Positions 9,737 to 19,295 of a stretch of DNA of 32,000 bases are shown here, piece after piece. A program made the translations under genes and the position numbers. The DNA comes from an uncultured cyanobacterium. GTDB lineage: Bacteria > Cyanobacteriota > Cyanobacteriia > Cyanobacteriales > Cyanobacteriaceae. Numbering within the stretch: the first letter of the stretch is position 1; each line of letters starts with the position of its first letter. The stretch spans positions 47,170 through 79,169 of the forward strand of contig CAVVOP010000025.1 in NCBI GenBank assembly GCA_963749915.1, given 5' to 3'. Below the pieces are notes generated by a model. The model was given only the letters and a program-made list of their open reading frames with translations. It searched no databases and was not told the origin of the DNA.

Positions 9737-10054
9737 AATGTAGATAATGGTCGTTAATTGCTAATTGGTAAAATTATTAATAAACTTTTAACTAGGTTTT
9801 TCGTTTTTATTTCTATTTGTAGCCAATCTAATTCTCCCTTATCATCCAGCAAATTTTTATCGGTTGTTACTGGTTCAATTTGATCTTTTTCATAACTGTC
9901 AAAACATATTTGAAAACAAAGTTCCCAGATACTATATTTGCTTAAATAATTATCTTTTTTTAAACACAGGATATAACCCGGAAAAGGTTCGGTAATTTCT
10001 TCATAACTCACATCCCATTCTAGTAATTCTGATTCTTGGCGAATATTATCTATC
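9585..10054. repeat. Direct repeat copy 1 (470 bp), 469/470 identical to 12271-12740
   Basis: Base-by-base reading gives a constant offset of 2686. The single difference is C at 9653 versus T at 12339 (CTG/TTG, a synonymous Leu in the glycosyltransferase frame). The copy covers the last ~50 codons of the GT gene, the spacer, and the 3' ~100 codons of the convergent 124-aa ORF. Confidence 0.95.
9754..10054 (-). pseudogene. 5'-truncated duplicate of the 124-aa hypothetical gene (full copy at 12440-12814)
   Basis: The translation is identical to the C-terminal ~100 residues of ORF 12440-12814. Homology ends abruptly at 10054, where the IS66-type end (GTAACCG...) begins. Confidence 0.85.
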
Positions 10055-11595
10055 GTAACCGTTCACACCCCCCCATTTGTCGAAGCCCTCTTTTTTCATA
10101 AATGGGAGTTTTGTTCGCGAGATAAAATCGCGAACTTTACCCAGAATGATGATCTGTGTGATCACCCCCTCAGATTTTTAAGTTCTCTTTCATTGGCAGA
10201 GAACTTTGTCCAATTACTCTACTGATCAACCAGTGGGTATTGGTGGAGGAGAAAGACCTTTTCTTGCCCTCGCAATTACTTCACAGATATATGACCATGG
10301 ATTTACACTTCTCAAACGGCAAGTTTCAATCACACTCAACAAGCAACTGTAAGCCAAACTCCCTTCGTTGGTTCTAGTGCCATAACTGATTCTTCGTCCA
10401 ATTACTGCATGACGTAAAGCTCTTTCGGCTTCATTGTTGGTTGGTGGTAATTCTGGATTATTAACAAATGCAATCACCGCATCCCAATCATTGAGAATTT
10501 CTTTGGCCAAGGCTTTGAGCTTGTCATGAGGTTTTTGGGAACCTAAAAAACAACTTGCTTCTAGCACCATCAAATTATTTGAAATCGTTTTTGATGATTT
10601 ATCCTCTCCCTTGGCATACGATAACTTAAATAACCATCTGTGACTAACCATCCCACAAAGGCTTCTGTCACTAAATGTAATAATTCTTCTTTCCGGCGAG
10701 AACCAATGTGATACACTGCTGTCTTCCCTGAAATAGCTACCCATAACCATTGAAGAGCTCCTTGAACTTCCCAATGAGTCTCATCTAGATGTAAAACTTC
10801 TACCTTTTGTATTTCTTCAATTAATTTTTCTACCACTGGACTACAGGCTATTCCTGCTTCGCGAATACATCTGTCGATGGTTCCCACACTCAATTCTGTC
10901 TCCGTCCATTCCCACAAAAATTCTTTAATTTTGACTCTACTCATTCGGTAACGTACACTTAAACTAGCAATGAAAGTTGCCAACATCGGACCTACCAACA
11001 CATATTCTTTTAATTTTAAGTCCATTGAGCGACCATCAATGGTTGAGATATAACCGACCCCCGGACTTGCTTTGGTCTTATGTCCACATTCACAAGTTAA
11101 CTCATAATAATGGTGTAGCTGACAAACAACTTTTAATCCCGATTTTAGAGCTTTTAATTCCAGAATATGATACCCCATATACGGTTTATCATTTTCAATT
11201 GTTAACGAATGATTACAACTAGAACAATAGTCGGGATAATGGGGGATAATTTCTTCTGTAACCAGTGGTTTGGTTCGCCAAAATCCTTGTGCCCCTGGTT
11301 GTTTTCCCGGTCTTCTTTTTTTTAGAGAATCGTTAATCGGTTTTTTTCCCAGATCGGCTGAAGTTTGATTTTCGAGTTGCCCTGCTTCTTCTCCTTCTGA
11401 ATCTTCTGGTTGATTATTTAATTCTGAGGGTACATCCACTTCTTCTTTCTTCTTTTTTTCGTCTGATAGGGATTATCAGTAGAAGGTGGACGAGAACTAT
11501 TACTTGAGGAAAGTTCTAATTTTTCGCACTGTTCTATGGCTAGTTGATGTAAATTGGTAGCAACTTCTACTAACCTCTGTTTTTCCAGAGATTAA
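10055..11595 (-). mobile_element. IS66-family insertion sequence remnant: single-transposase type, one terminus intact, transposase-proximal end missing
   Basis: It starts at 10055 with GTAACCGTTCACACC..., and GTAA-type termini are typical of IS66 family IRs. It contains two 8-bp-stem hairpins (10113-10135 and 10181-10204) downstream of the transposase. I could not find a matching inverted copy of the 10055 terminus near 11600. Confidence 0.75.
10226..11591 (-). pseudogene. IS66-family (TnpC-type) transposase, disrupted by at least two frame breaks and lacking its N-terminal start
   Basis: The segment ...LHQLAIEQCEKLELSSSNSSRPPSTDNPYQTKK (the NSSxPPSxD motif of IS66 transposases) is followed, after a frame change in the T7 run at 11453-11459, by a Cys/His zinc-finger-like block (CSSCNHS...CQLHHYYELTCECGH). 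Then come HLDETHW...WLWV...TDGY and, in another frame (10226-10650), PPTNNEAERALRHAVIGRRISYGTRT. The frame opens directly after a stop at 11592-11594 with no start codon. Confidence 0.8.
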
Positions 11596-12270
11596 TCTTA
11601 AACCGAACCTTTTTCTTCTATTTCGATAACGTTCTGACAAGATTTTAAATATTTTTAGCTTTCTATTTACGTGTTCTATTACAATTCTCTGTTTATTTAT
11701 TTCTCTATTCTTGGCTTTTTCTTCAGCCGTTAGTTTTTTATTTTTTGTCTTCTTTTTGGGGATATCAGTTAATTTATGTATTTTCTGTATTCCTTGATAA
11801 CCTTTATCTACTAAACATTTTATTTTTTGACTTAATGGCAATTTACTTTTCTTAAATATTTTAAAATCGTGTTCTTTTCCTAGTCCATTTACATAACAAA
11901 TTATTTCCAAACTTGTTTGATTTACAACTAATTGTGATTTTAAAGTATGTTGTTTCTTTTTGCCACTATAGTATCTTTTTTGACCTTTTACCGGTCTCTC
12001 TATTGGACTTTCTGTTACATCAATCAGAATGACTTTAATCCCACTTTCAAGTTTCATTTTTATGAACAATTCGACAAACAGTTGATTCGGAAATATTCCA
12101 ATCTTCAGATATATGAAAATAAGTTCTATACTCTCTTAAACTTTTTTGGTGGTAATTTTTCTATTTTTTTAAATTTCATAAGCAAATCTTATACTTTTCT
12201 AGTAAGCGATCGCTTACATTAACAAATTTTGACACTTAATTTTAACTGATATTCAATTTTGCAAGAGGTC
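11596..12270 (-). mobile_element. IS5-family (HTH_Tnp_4 / DDE_Tnp_4-like) insertion sequence remnant, missing its transposase-distal end
   Basis: The outer end abuts repeat copy 2 at 12270/12271. The leader contains the 16-bp palindrome GTAAGCGATCGCTTAC (12202-12217). The transposase C-terminus is cut off near 11600, where IS66-type coding sequence begins. The junction position is approximate (+/- 15 bp). Confidence 0.6.
11600..12179 (-). pseudogene. IS5-family DDE transposase (DDE_Tnp_4-like), frameshifted and 3'-truncated
   Basis: ATG at 12179 gives MKFKKIEKLPPKKF. After a frame break at the T6 run (12142-12147) it reads LREYRTYFHISEDWNISESTVCRIV (HTH). In a third frame it reads VILIDVTESPIERPVKGQKRYYSGKKKQHTLKSQLVV...GKEHDFKIFK...LVDKGYQGI...IEHVNRKLKIFKILSERYRNRRKRFGLR. 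The YSGKKKxHTxKxQ / DxGY / YRNRRKRF pattern is typical of this IS5 subgroup. Confidence 0.7.
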
Positions 12271-12422
12271 TATTACCTCTTTTGGCGCATCACCCAGAAA
12301 TAACGGCATTACTAGGTAAAAAAGCACGAAATAGAGTCTTGGAAAAATATACTTTAAGGGATAATGTGACGAGATTAGAGCAACTTTACATTGAATTATG
12401 TAGCCAAAAAGTATATTTTTAA
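12271..12422 (+). pseudogene. Orphan 3' fragment (last ~50 codons plus stop) of the glycosyltransferase gene 8606-9736
   Basis: It is identical to 9585-9736 except for one synonymous base, and has no upstream coding sequence or start. Confidence 0.9.
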
Positions 12423-12740
12423 AATGTAGATAATGGTCGTTAATTGCTAATTGGTAAAATTATTAATAAACTTTTAACTAGGTTTTTCGTTTTTATTTCT
12501 ATTTGTAGCCAATCTAATTCTCCCTTATCATCCAGCAAATTTTTATCGGTTGTTACTGGTTCAATTTGATCTTTTTCATAACTGTCAAAACATATTTGAA
12601 AACAAAGTTCCCAGATACTATATTTGCTTAAATAATTATCTTTTTTTAAACACAGGATATAACCCGGAAAAGGTTCGGTAATTTCTTCATAACTCACATC
12701 CCATTCTAGTAATTCTGATTCTTGGCGAATATTATCTATC
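12271..12740. repeat. Direct repeat copy 2 (470 bp), partner of 9585-10054
   Basis: See copy 1. Copy 2 begins immediately after the IS5-like outer end and continues seamlessly into the intact 5' part of the 124-aa ORF. Confidence 0.95.
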
Positions 12741-12814
12741 AGTCTTATATAAATTGGTTGTAACAATAATTGAGTTTTTTCATATTCTAATATGTTTTTA
12801 AATTTTGGTCGCAT
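12440..12814 (-). CDS. Hypothetical protein, 124 aa (intact copy)
   Basis: An uninterrupted ORF with no motif I recognise. It appears acidic and soluble. It is the last gene of a tightly spaced three-gene minus-strand cluster (gaps of 22 and 35 nt). Confidence 0.65.
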   Translation of the reverse strand: MRPKFKNILEYEKTQLLLQPIYIRLIDNIRQESELLEWDVSYEEITEPFPGYILCLKKDNYLSKYSIWELCFQICFDSYEKDQIEPVTTDKNLLDDKGELDWLQIEIKTKNLVKSLLIILPISN

Positions 12815-12836
12815 TATCTTTTATTAAAATATTATT

Positions 12837-13136
12837 TCAAGTCAGTTTTGGACGCACAATTTTATAAATAAGTTTAGTGATAACTATAATTTTTTGAATA
12901 TTTTTGATTTTTGTTTTCAAATTAACATAATCACTTCTAAATTTTTTAATTTCTAAACCAGTAAGTAAAATTACTAAAGGTATTTCTTTTAAAATTAAAA
13001 GTAAATTATCATTCAATTCTAATAATGTCTCATTAAAATTCAATAAATAATTTCTCAATTGTGTCAATTTCCAGATTAAGTAAAAATTAATAACTACAAT
13101 TACTAAATTTAAAAACACAATAATTTTAACTGACAT
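12837..13136 (-). CDS. Hypothetical small membrane protein, 99 aa, in extremely AT-rich DNA
   Basis: A 99-codon open frame in DNA of roughly 20% GC, where about one random codon in ten should be a stop. It has an N-terminal hydrophobic helix (IIVFLNLVIVVINFYLIW), a second hydrophobic stretch (IPLVILLTGL) and a Lys-rich tail. I recognise no family. Confidence 0.45.
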   Translation of the reverse strand: MSVKIIVFLNLVIVVINFYLIWKLTQLRNYLLNFNETLLELNDNLLLILKEIPLVILLTGLEIKKFRSDYVNLKTKIKNIQKIIVITKLIYKIVRPKLT

Positions 13137-13171
13137 TAGACTTTTAAATTTACAGTTACAAAAAAAATATT

Positions 13172-13426
13172 TTACTTGTATTTGAGTTTAAAAAACAATA
13201 TTGTCCCAGCTAAAATTAAAGTGATTAAATTACTAATAATAATAGGTGTATCTTTTTGCAAAATTCCATAAATTAACCACAGGAAAACACCTATACAAAA
13301 ACTTAAAAACATCGCTAGGGAAATATCTTTTGCCGATTTAGATCGCCATGTTTTAATTACCTGTGGGAAAAAAGAGATAGTAGTTAAAGTACCAGCCATC
13401 AAACCAATAATTGTTACAGAAGTCAT
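13172..13426 (-). CDS. SemiSWEET / PQ-loop (MtN3-like) small sugar transporter
   Basis: 84 aa with three predicted TM helices and the PQ-loop signature FFPQVIKTWRSKSAKDISL after TM1. Size and topology match bacterial SemiSWEETs. Confidence 0.75.
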   Translation of the reverse strand: MTSVTIIGLMAGTLTTISFFPQVIKTWRSKSAKDISLAMFLSFCIGVFLWLIYGILQKDTPIIISNLITLILAGTILFFKLKYK

Positions 13427-13503
13427 AATTTAGCAGTTCGGAGTGTAAGGACAAGTAATAAATATTCGTTATTGTTTTTCTCAATTATTCATGGTCAATT
13501 GTC

Positions 13504-13529
13504 AAAAAACCTCCTAAAAAAATAGGAGG
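13504..13529 (-). terminator. Rho-independent terminator downstream of tkt
   Basis: On the minus strand: CCTCCT(A)-T-rich loop-(T)AGGAGG (13529-13524 / 13515-13510), followed by TTTTTT (13509-13504). It lies 37 nt after the tkt stop. Confidence 0.65.
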
Positions 13530-13565
13530 CTAACAAAATTTTATTGATTATTTATGACCGTGAAA

Positions 13566-15572
13566 TTAGCCTAAAATGGCTTTAGCTTTAGCCACAACGT
13601 TATCAACGGTAAAACCAAATTTTTCCATGACAACACCACCGGGGGAGGAAGCACCAAAAGTGTCAACACCGATACTTACGCCTTCATCGCCAACATATTT
13701 CGCCCAACCCATGGTGACACCAGCTTCAACGGAAACACGTTTTTTCACCGCCTTAGGTAATACAGATTCTTTATATTCTTCACTTTGTTTTTCAAATAAC
13801 TCTAAACAAGGCATAGAAACAACACGGACTTTTTTGCCTTCAGCCCGTAATTTGACGGCAGCATCTTCACATAAACCAACTTCGCTACCTGTACCTATTA
13901 AGATAATATCAGGAGTTTCTTTGCCACCAGATAATACATAACCACCTTTGGCAACGGCATCAATGGAGGAACCTGCTAGGTTTGGTAAGTTTTGACGGGT
14001 TAAGGCCATAACAGAAGAGTGTTTCTTGGTGTTGATCGCTACTTTATAAGCCCCAGAGGTTTCATTCCCGTCAGCAGGACGGAATACCATCAAATCGGGG
14101 ATTAATCGTAAGGAAGCGACGTGTTCAACGGGTTGGTGAGTAGGACCATCTTCACCTAAGGCGATGGAATCATGAGTCATTACCCAAATTACATGTGCTT
14201 CAGAAAGGGCTGAAAGACGGATGGAATTTCTCATGTAATCAGTGAACACTAGGAAAGTCGCACCGTAAGGAATTAAGCCCGTATTATGGAGAGAAATACC
14301 GTTGCAAATTGCCCCCATGGCGTGTTCTCTGACCCCAAAATGGACGTTACGATTTTCGTACGCACCTTTTTGAAAATCGCCAGAAACGCTGATTTGAGTC
14401 AAGTTAGAGTGGGTTAAATCCGCAGATCCACCAATTAACTGAGGTAATACTTTGGCGATGGCATTTAAGCAAATTTCAGAATGTTTACGACTAGCAAGAG
14501 CCTTATCTTCAGGGGTGTAGGAAGGTAGACAATCTGCCCAATTTTTGGGTAATTTACCAGAAGTGATAGTTTCAAATTCAGCTCCTTCGGTAGGATACTT
14601 AGTTTTATAAGTAGCGAAGGTTTGATTCCATTCTGCTTCTAAACTGGCACCTTTTTCTATGGCTTTACGGAAATGAGTGTAAGCGTCTTCAGGTACAACA
14701 AAAGGATCGTAGTTCCAGCCCAAATTTTCACGGGTGGCTTTAACTTCATCACCGCCTAAGGCCGCACCATGTACTCCTGCTGTATTAGCTTTTTTCGGGG
14801 AACCATAACCGATGGTGGTGGTAACTTTGATCATGGTAGGTTTATCAGTAACGGATTTAGCTGTAGCAATGGCTTTGGCGATTTCATCTAAATCAGTGTT
14901 CCCATTTTTTACGTGAAGAACGTGCCAACCATAAGCCTCGAAACGCTTAGAAACATCCTCGGTGAAAGCTATGTCCGTAGAACCATCAATGGAAATGTGG
15001 TTATCATCATATAAAGCGATGAGTTTACCTAAACCCCAATGTCCTGCCAAAGAAGCCGCTTCACCAGAAATTCCTTCCATATTACAACCATCCCCGAGAA
15101 TAACATAGGTGTAATGATCGATTAAAGTACAATCGGGCTTGTTATATTTAGCCGCTAAATGAGCTTCTGCTAAAGCTAAACCAACACCATTAGCGATACC
15201 TTGTCCCAAGGGGCCAGTGGTTACTTCTATCCCGGCAGTAATATGATTTTCAGGGTGTCCAGGAGTCTTAGAACCCCATTGACGGAATTGTTTAATATCA
15301 TCAATACTTACACTCTCGTAACCATACAAGTGTAATAACGAATATAGGAGCATAGAACCATGACCGGCAGAAAGTACAAAGCGATCGCGGTTAATCCATT
15401 GGGGATTTTTGGGGTTAAACTTCATAAATTGATCCCAAAGCACAAAAGCCATAGGTGCGGCACCCATAGGTAGGCCAGGGTGTCCAGACTTTGCTTTTTC
15501 TACCCCATCAATAGAGAGGAAACGAATTGTATTAACGCAGAGTTCTTGAATAGACTGGGTTGCAACCACCAT
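13566..15572 (-). CDS. tkt: Transketolase
   Basis: 668 aa. Motifs [57 protein letters not shown] (ThDP motif) and [17 protein letters not shown] are canonical transketolase motifs. Confidence 0.95.
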   Translation of the reverse strand: MVVATQSIQELCVNTIRFLSIDGVEKAKSGHPGLPMGAAPMAFVLWDQFMKFNPKNPQWINRDRFVLSAGHGSMLLYSLLHLYGYESVSIDDIKQFRQWGSKTPGHPENHITAGIEVTTGPLGQGIANGVGLALAEAHLAAKYNKPDCTLIDHYTYVILGDGCNMEGISGEAASLAGHWGLGKLIALYDDNHISIDGSTDIAFTEDVSKRFEAYGWHVLHVKNGNTDLDEIAKAIATAKSVTDKPTMIKVTTTIGYGSPKKANTAGVHGAALGGDEVKATRENLGWNYDPFVVPEDAYTHFRKAIEKGASLEAEWNQTFATYKTKYPTEGAEFETITSGKLPKNWADCLPSYTPEDKALASRKHSEICLNAIAKVLPQLIGGSADLTHSNLTQISVSGDFQKGAYENRNVHFGVREHAMGAICNGISLHNTGLIPYGATFLVFTDYMRNSIRLSALSEAHVIWVMTHDSIALGEDGPTHQPVEHVASLRLIPDLMVFRPADGNETSGAYKVAINTKKHSSVMALTRQNLPNLAGSSIDAVAKGGYVLSGGKETPDIILIGTGSEVGLCEDAAVKLRAEGKKVRVVSMPCLELFEKQSEEYKESVLPKAVKKRVSVEAGVTMGWAKYVGDEGVSIGVDTFGASSPGGVVMEKFGFTVDNVVAKAKAILG

Positions 15573-15835
15573 AATTAATTTTAAATTTAACTAGATATAC
15601 ATATTTAATTGAGTTAGCCTATATCTTCTCATTGTTTAGGAGACATGGCAAGGGGCTATTTTTAACCTGAACATGACCTACGCACAATAGCTCTAAAACT
15701 TTTAATTTCTCGGCCATCAACTTTAGAGTTTCTTCTACAAGTAACTGTAGTTTAGACTAAATAGAAAAAAAGAGTTAAGATATTTAGTACAACAGAACTA
15801 AAATTAGGATTAAATTAGGATATAGGTAAATTGCT

Positions 15836-17005
15836 GTGAAAATTGTCTGTTCTCAAATAGATCTCAAGAATAATTTATCATTAGTTAGTCGTGCTGTGCC
15901 AACTCGCCCCACTCATCCCATTTTGGCTAATGTTTTATTGGTAGCTGATCAGGGCAAAAACCGAGTTACTTTGACGGGGTTTGATTTAAGTTTAGGAATA
16001 CGCACCAGTTTTTCTGCGGAAGTGGAAGAAGGGGGTATGATTACTTTACCCTCAAAATTTTTGAATGATATAATCACTCGTTTACCAGAAGGGGAAGTAA
16101 GTTTATCCTACGATGAGGAAGAATTGGAAGATAATCCTTTAGTGGATATCGATTCCTTATCGGGCAAATTTCAATTAAGGGGAGTTAAAGGGGATGAATT
16201 CCCCGAATTGCCCACCATCGAGAAAGAAGAAGCCTTTTTATTGCCTGTCACTGCTTTAGTAGAGGGGTTGAAAGGCTCATTATTTTCTGCTAGTAGCGAT
16301 GAAACTAAGCAAGTTTTAACGGGAGTACATCTCACCCGCGACTTGGATAGTTTGGAATTTGCCGCTACAGACGGCCATCGATTGGCAGTAGTGAAAACCA
16401 CCGAAGAAAAAGAGGAACAAGATGCTGAAAATACTCCCATCAGTGAAGAACAAAATTTTACCATCACTATCCCCGCACGAGCTTTGAGAGAGTTGGAAAA
16501 AATCTTATCTTTAGCTAAAGAAAATGAATCTGTGGCATTGTATGTTGATCAAGGTCAAGTCGTATTTGAACTAGGAGATCAACATTTAACTAGCCGTAAA
16601 TTAGAAGGTGCTTACCCTAATTATAATCAGTTAATACCGAAAAATTTTGAACGGACGATGACTGTTGAACGGAAACGAGTTATCGAAAGTTTAGAAAGAG
16701 TGTCTGTTTTTGCGGATCAAAAAAATAATTTAGTTAAATTTAAATTAGATCCTGACAATAATCAAGTCACTTTATCTGTTTCTGCCAAAGAATTAGGTAA
16801 TGCGGCATGGGCAATTCCCGCGGAAATTACGGGGGATGGTTTTGAAATTGGCTTTAATATTAGGTATCTCATGGATGGTTTAAAAGCCTTATCCGCCAAT
16901 GACATCAAGTTTCAATTTAACGGTGCAACTCAACCTGTCATTACTATCCCTTTAAGCGGTTTACAAATGACTTATTTAATTATGCCCGTACAAATTAGAG
17001 ACTAA
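15836..17005 (+). CDS. dnaN: DNA polymerase III beta sliding clamp
   Basis: 389 aa with a GTG start. MKIVCSQIDLKNNLSLVSRAVPTRPTHPILANVLLVAD..., TDGHRLAV, YPNYNQLIP and the C-terminal MTYLIMPVQIR are typical DnaN features. Confidence 0.95.
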   Translation: MKIVCSQIDLKNNLSLVSRAVPTRPTHPILANVLLVADQGKNRVTLTGFDLSLGIRTSFSAEVEEGGMITLPSKFLNDIITRLPEGEVSLSYDEEELEDNPLVDIDSLSGKFQLRGVKGDEFPELPTIEKEEAFLLPVTALVEGLKGSLFSASSDETKQVLTGVHLTRDLDSLEFAATDGHRLAVVKTTEEKEEQDAENTPISEEQNFTITIPARALRELEKILSLAKENESVALYVDQGQVVFELGDQHLTSRKLEGAYPNYNQLIPKNFERTMTVERKRVIESLERVSVFADQKNNLVKFKLDPDNNQVTLSVSAKELGNAAWAIPAEITGDGFEIGFNIRYLMDGLKALSANDIKFQFNGATQPVITIPLSGLQMTYLIMPVQIRD

Positions 17006-17080
17006 ATTTATTTTGTCTGAGTTGGGAGTAAAGAAAAAACTAGAAGACTGGGAAACTAGAAAAACATTAGCTGTTAATTG

Positions 17081-18334
17081 TTAATTGTTATTAATGGGGA
17101 GAGTTAAAGTAAAACAACTGCCTTTATTTTCTTCAGAAATAAGGGTAATATCTCCCCCATGGAGTCTTGCTAATTCACGGGAAATAACTAAGCCTAATCC
17201 TGTACCTCGATGTTGACGATGAAGGGGAGTATTTAATTGAGAAAAAGCCTGAAATAACTTTTTTTGGTATTTTTTATTAATGCCAATTCCCGTGTCTATG
17301 ACACTAAATTTGAAGTAATTATTTTCCTGTTTTACGTCTAAGGTAATTGAACCATTTTTAGTAAATTTAACAGCATTAGATAATAGATTTACTAATACTT
17401 GTTTAATGCGACGTTGATCTGCATAACAATATTCTACACCAAAAGCTATATTTAATTTTAACTCTAAACCTTGTTCTTCTACTTTTGTTTTTATTAAAGC
17501 CAAGGATGATTCGCATAATTCACTTATGGATATTTTTTCAATAAATAAATCTTCTTTATTTGCTTCAATTTTTGATATATCTAATAAATCAGTAACTAGA
17601 TCTAATAAGTATTTCCCCGACTGATAAATGGCATCTACATATTGAGCTTGTCTTGGGTTTAATGGCCCATATAATTGTTGTTGCAACATCTTAGCAAATC
17701 CTATCACAGCAGCGATCGGGGTTCTTAATTCATGATTCATATGGGAGAAATATTTACTTTGATTTTCTTTATTTTGTATAAGTTTTTTTTCCTCTTCTTG
17801 TAATTCTATTTCTTTGATTTCTAAGAGTTTTTGATAAAGATATATGGACAAGTAATTACCCAATAAATTAGCTATTTTGTGGCTTTCATTTTCTGAACAA
17901 TTAAAAGTTTCTATGTCAATTAATAAATACCCTAATTTTTTATTTTTAAAACTTAACGGAATTATATATAAAAAGTTTATATTATTTTCTTTAAAGTAAT
18001 CATTATTAAGATTATGATCGTTATCTTTCTCTTGAAAATTTAAAAATATATAATTATCTATACATTCTTGTTGTGACTCAGTAATTTTATTTAAACTAGA
18101 TAAATACTTGTCAGTATCTGTGTTGATACAATTAGTATAAATAACCCTAATATTTTCAGATTCTTTCACATAATCATTGACAATGACGAAGCCTTTTAAT
18201 TTTACATATTCCGATAATAGTTTACAGCAACACTCACAAAAGCAATCAATATTGTTGACATTTTCTAATAAAGAAAATAAATAATTATGAATTTCTTGAG
18301 CATTAATTTTCTGTAAAATGAGGTTATTTTGCAT
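17081..18334 (-). CDS. Soluble sensor histidine kinase (GAF-like N-terminal domain, HisKA, HATPase_c)
   Basis: 417 aa. It has the H-box FSHMNHELRTPIAAVIGFAKML, the N-box LVNLLSNAVKFT, and the G-boxes DTGIGI and GTGLGLVISRELARLHGG. No TM helix is evident. A Cys cluster CFCECCC occurs at residues 31-37. Confidence 0.85.
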   Translation of the reverse strand: MQNNLILQKINAQEIHNYLFSLLENVNNIDCFCECCCKLLSEYVKLKGFVIVNDYVKESENIRVIYTNCINTDTDKYLSSLNKITESQQECIDNYIFLNFQEKDNDHNLNNDYFKENNINFLYIIPLSFKNKKLGYLLIDIETFNCSENESHKIANLLGNYLSIYLYQKLLEIKEIELQEEEKKLIQNKENQSKYFSHMNHELRTPIAAVIGFAKMLQQQLYGPLNPRQAQYVDAIYQSGKYLLDLVTDLLDISKIEANKEDLFIEKISISELCESSLALIKTKVEEQGLELKLNIAFGVEYCYADQRRIKQVLVNLLSNAVKFTKNGSITLDVKQENNYFKFSVIDTGIGINKKYQKKLFQAFSQLNTPLHRQHRGTGLGLVISRELARLHGGDITLISEENKGSCFTLTLPINNN

Positions 18335-18380
18335 ATTTTTTACATTTTATTAAGGCTAACTAAAAGCCATAAACAATTTT

Positions 18381-19154
18381 TTAGAATTGTCGCCGAGAGA
18401 AAATGATGACGGTAATACTTAATAGCAGAATAATATACAAAGCCGCATAAATTAAACTACCGACTAATTCTCCTGTACTGGGTAGAATATTGTAAACTGC
18501 TCCATTTTTCAAGTTTAATCTTTCTAAATCTGGCAAGATTAAAAAGAGGGTTTTCGTTATCTTCTCAATACCTGGGTTCTCAGTTATTTTACCTAATTGT
18601 AATAAATCTCTACTTAAATGTCCCATTATTAGCACACCAAAACTCAATAGTGTTGCCAAGATGGAACTGGTAAAGACACCGAAAGTCATAGCTATCGCTG
18701 TTAACAATGCTAACTCTAATAAAATATACCCGATAGCCACTAATAAACTTTGTAGGGGATAGTTTATTCCTAATAGGCTCATCAAGGATAAATATACTAT
18801 AGTCATGGTAGCAACTAATACTATCAGTACTGCCGATAAACCTAAGTGTTTTCCGATAATAAATTCTGTGGTGGTGAGGGGTTTTGGTATTAAAATTAGT
18901 ACAGTTCTTTTTTCTATCTCTTTATTGATTAATCCTGTACCTACAAATATAGCTACTATCGCACCTAATAAGCTAATTCCGCTGATGCCTAAGTCTAAAA
19001 ATATTTTTTCATCGGCACCCACCGCAATGGGTGGTAAAATGCGAGAAGCGAAAATTAGTAATAAGACAAAAAATGCGATTACATATAAAATGCGATCCCT
19101 AATGACCTCCCGAAAACCATTAGTTGCGATCGCAAAAATTCGAGTAATATTCAT
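18381..19154 (-). CDS. ABC-2 type transporter permease (six-TM integral membrane subunit)
   Basis: 257 aa. The N-terminal IATNGFREVIRDRILYVIAFFVLLL pattern and multiple hydrophobic helices are typical of ABC-2/NosY-like permeases. No ATPase gene is adjacent. Confidence 0.65.
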   Translation of the reverse strand: MNITRIFAIATNGFREVIRDRILYVIAFFVLLLIFASRILPPIAVGADEKIFLDLGISGISLLGAIVAIFVGTGLINKEIEKRTVLILIPKPLTTTEFIIGKHLGLSAVLIVLVATMTIVYLSLMSLLGINYPLQSLLVAIGYILLELALLTAIAMTFGVFTSSILATLLSFGVLIMGHLSRDLLQLGKITENPGIEKITKTLFLILPDLERLNLKNGAVYNILPSTGELVGSLIYAALYIILLLSITVIIFSRRQF

Positions 19155-19295
19155 TGGTGTTTGCCATACTGATTCAAGTAATTAAATAGTATTTTAACCA
19201 ATCAGTAGTAATTAGCAATTATTAATTCAGGAAAAAAAAAATTAAAATCCCTTTGTATTTCTAAGCCTTTTGGGCAATTCCTCATCAGTGCGAAC

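Noticed and set aside
12140-12150. A-AAA-AAG-like slippery sequence in the IS5-like transposase leader as a programmed -1 frameshift site
   Set aside because: A -1 shift at this position runs straight into a stop (GTT TAA). The continuing HTH frame needs a +1/-2 change, which fits a homopolymer indel rather than programmed frameshifting.
15573-15835. Possible replication origin (oriC) in the spacer upstream of dnaN
   Set aside because: I found no DnaA-box-like TTTTCCACA/TTATCCACA (or reverse complement) words in the spacer. dnaA is not adjacent. AT-richness alone is not evidence.
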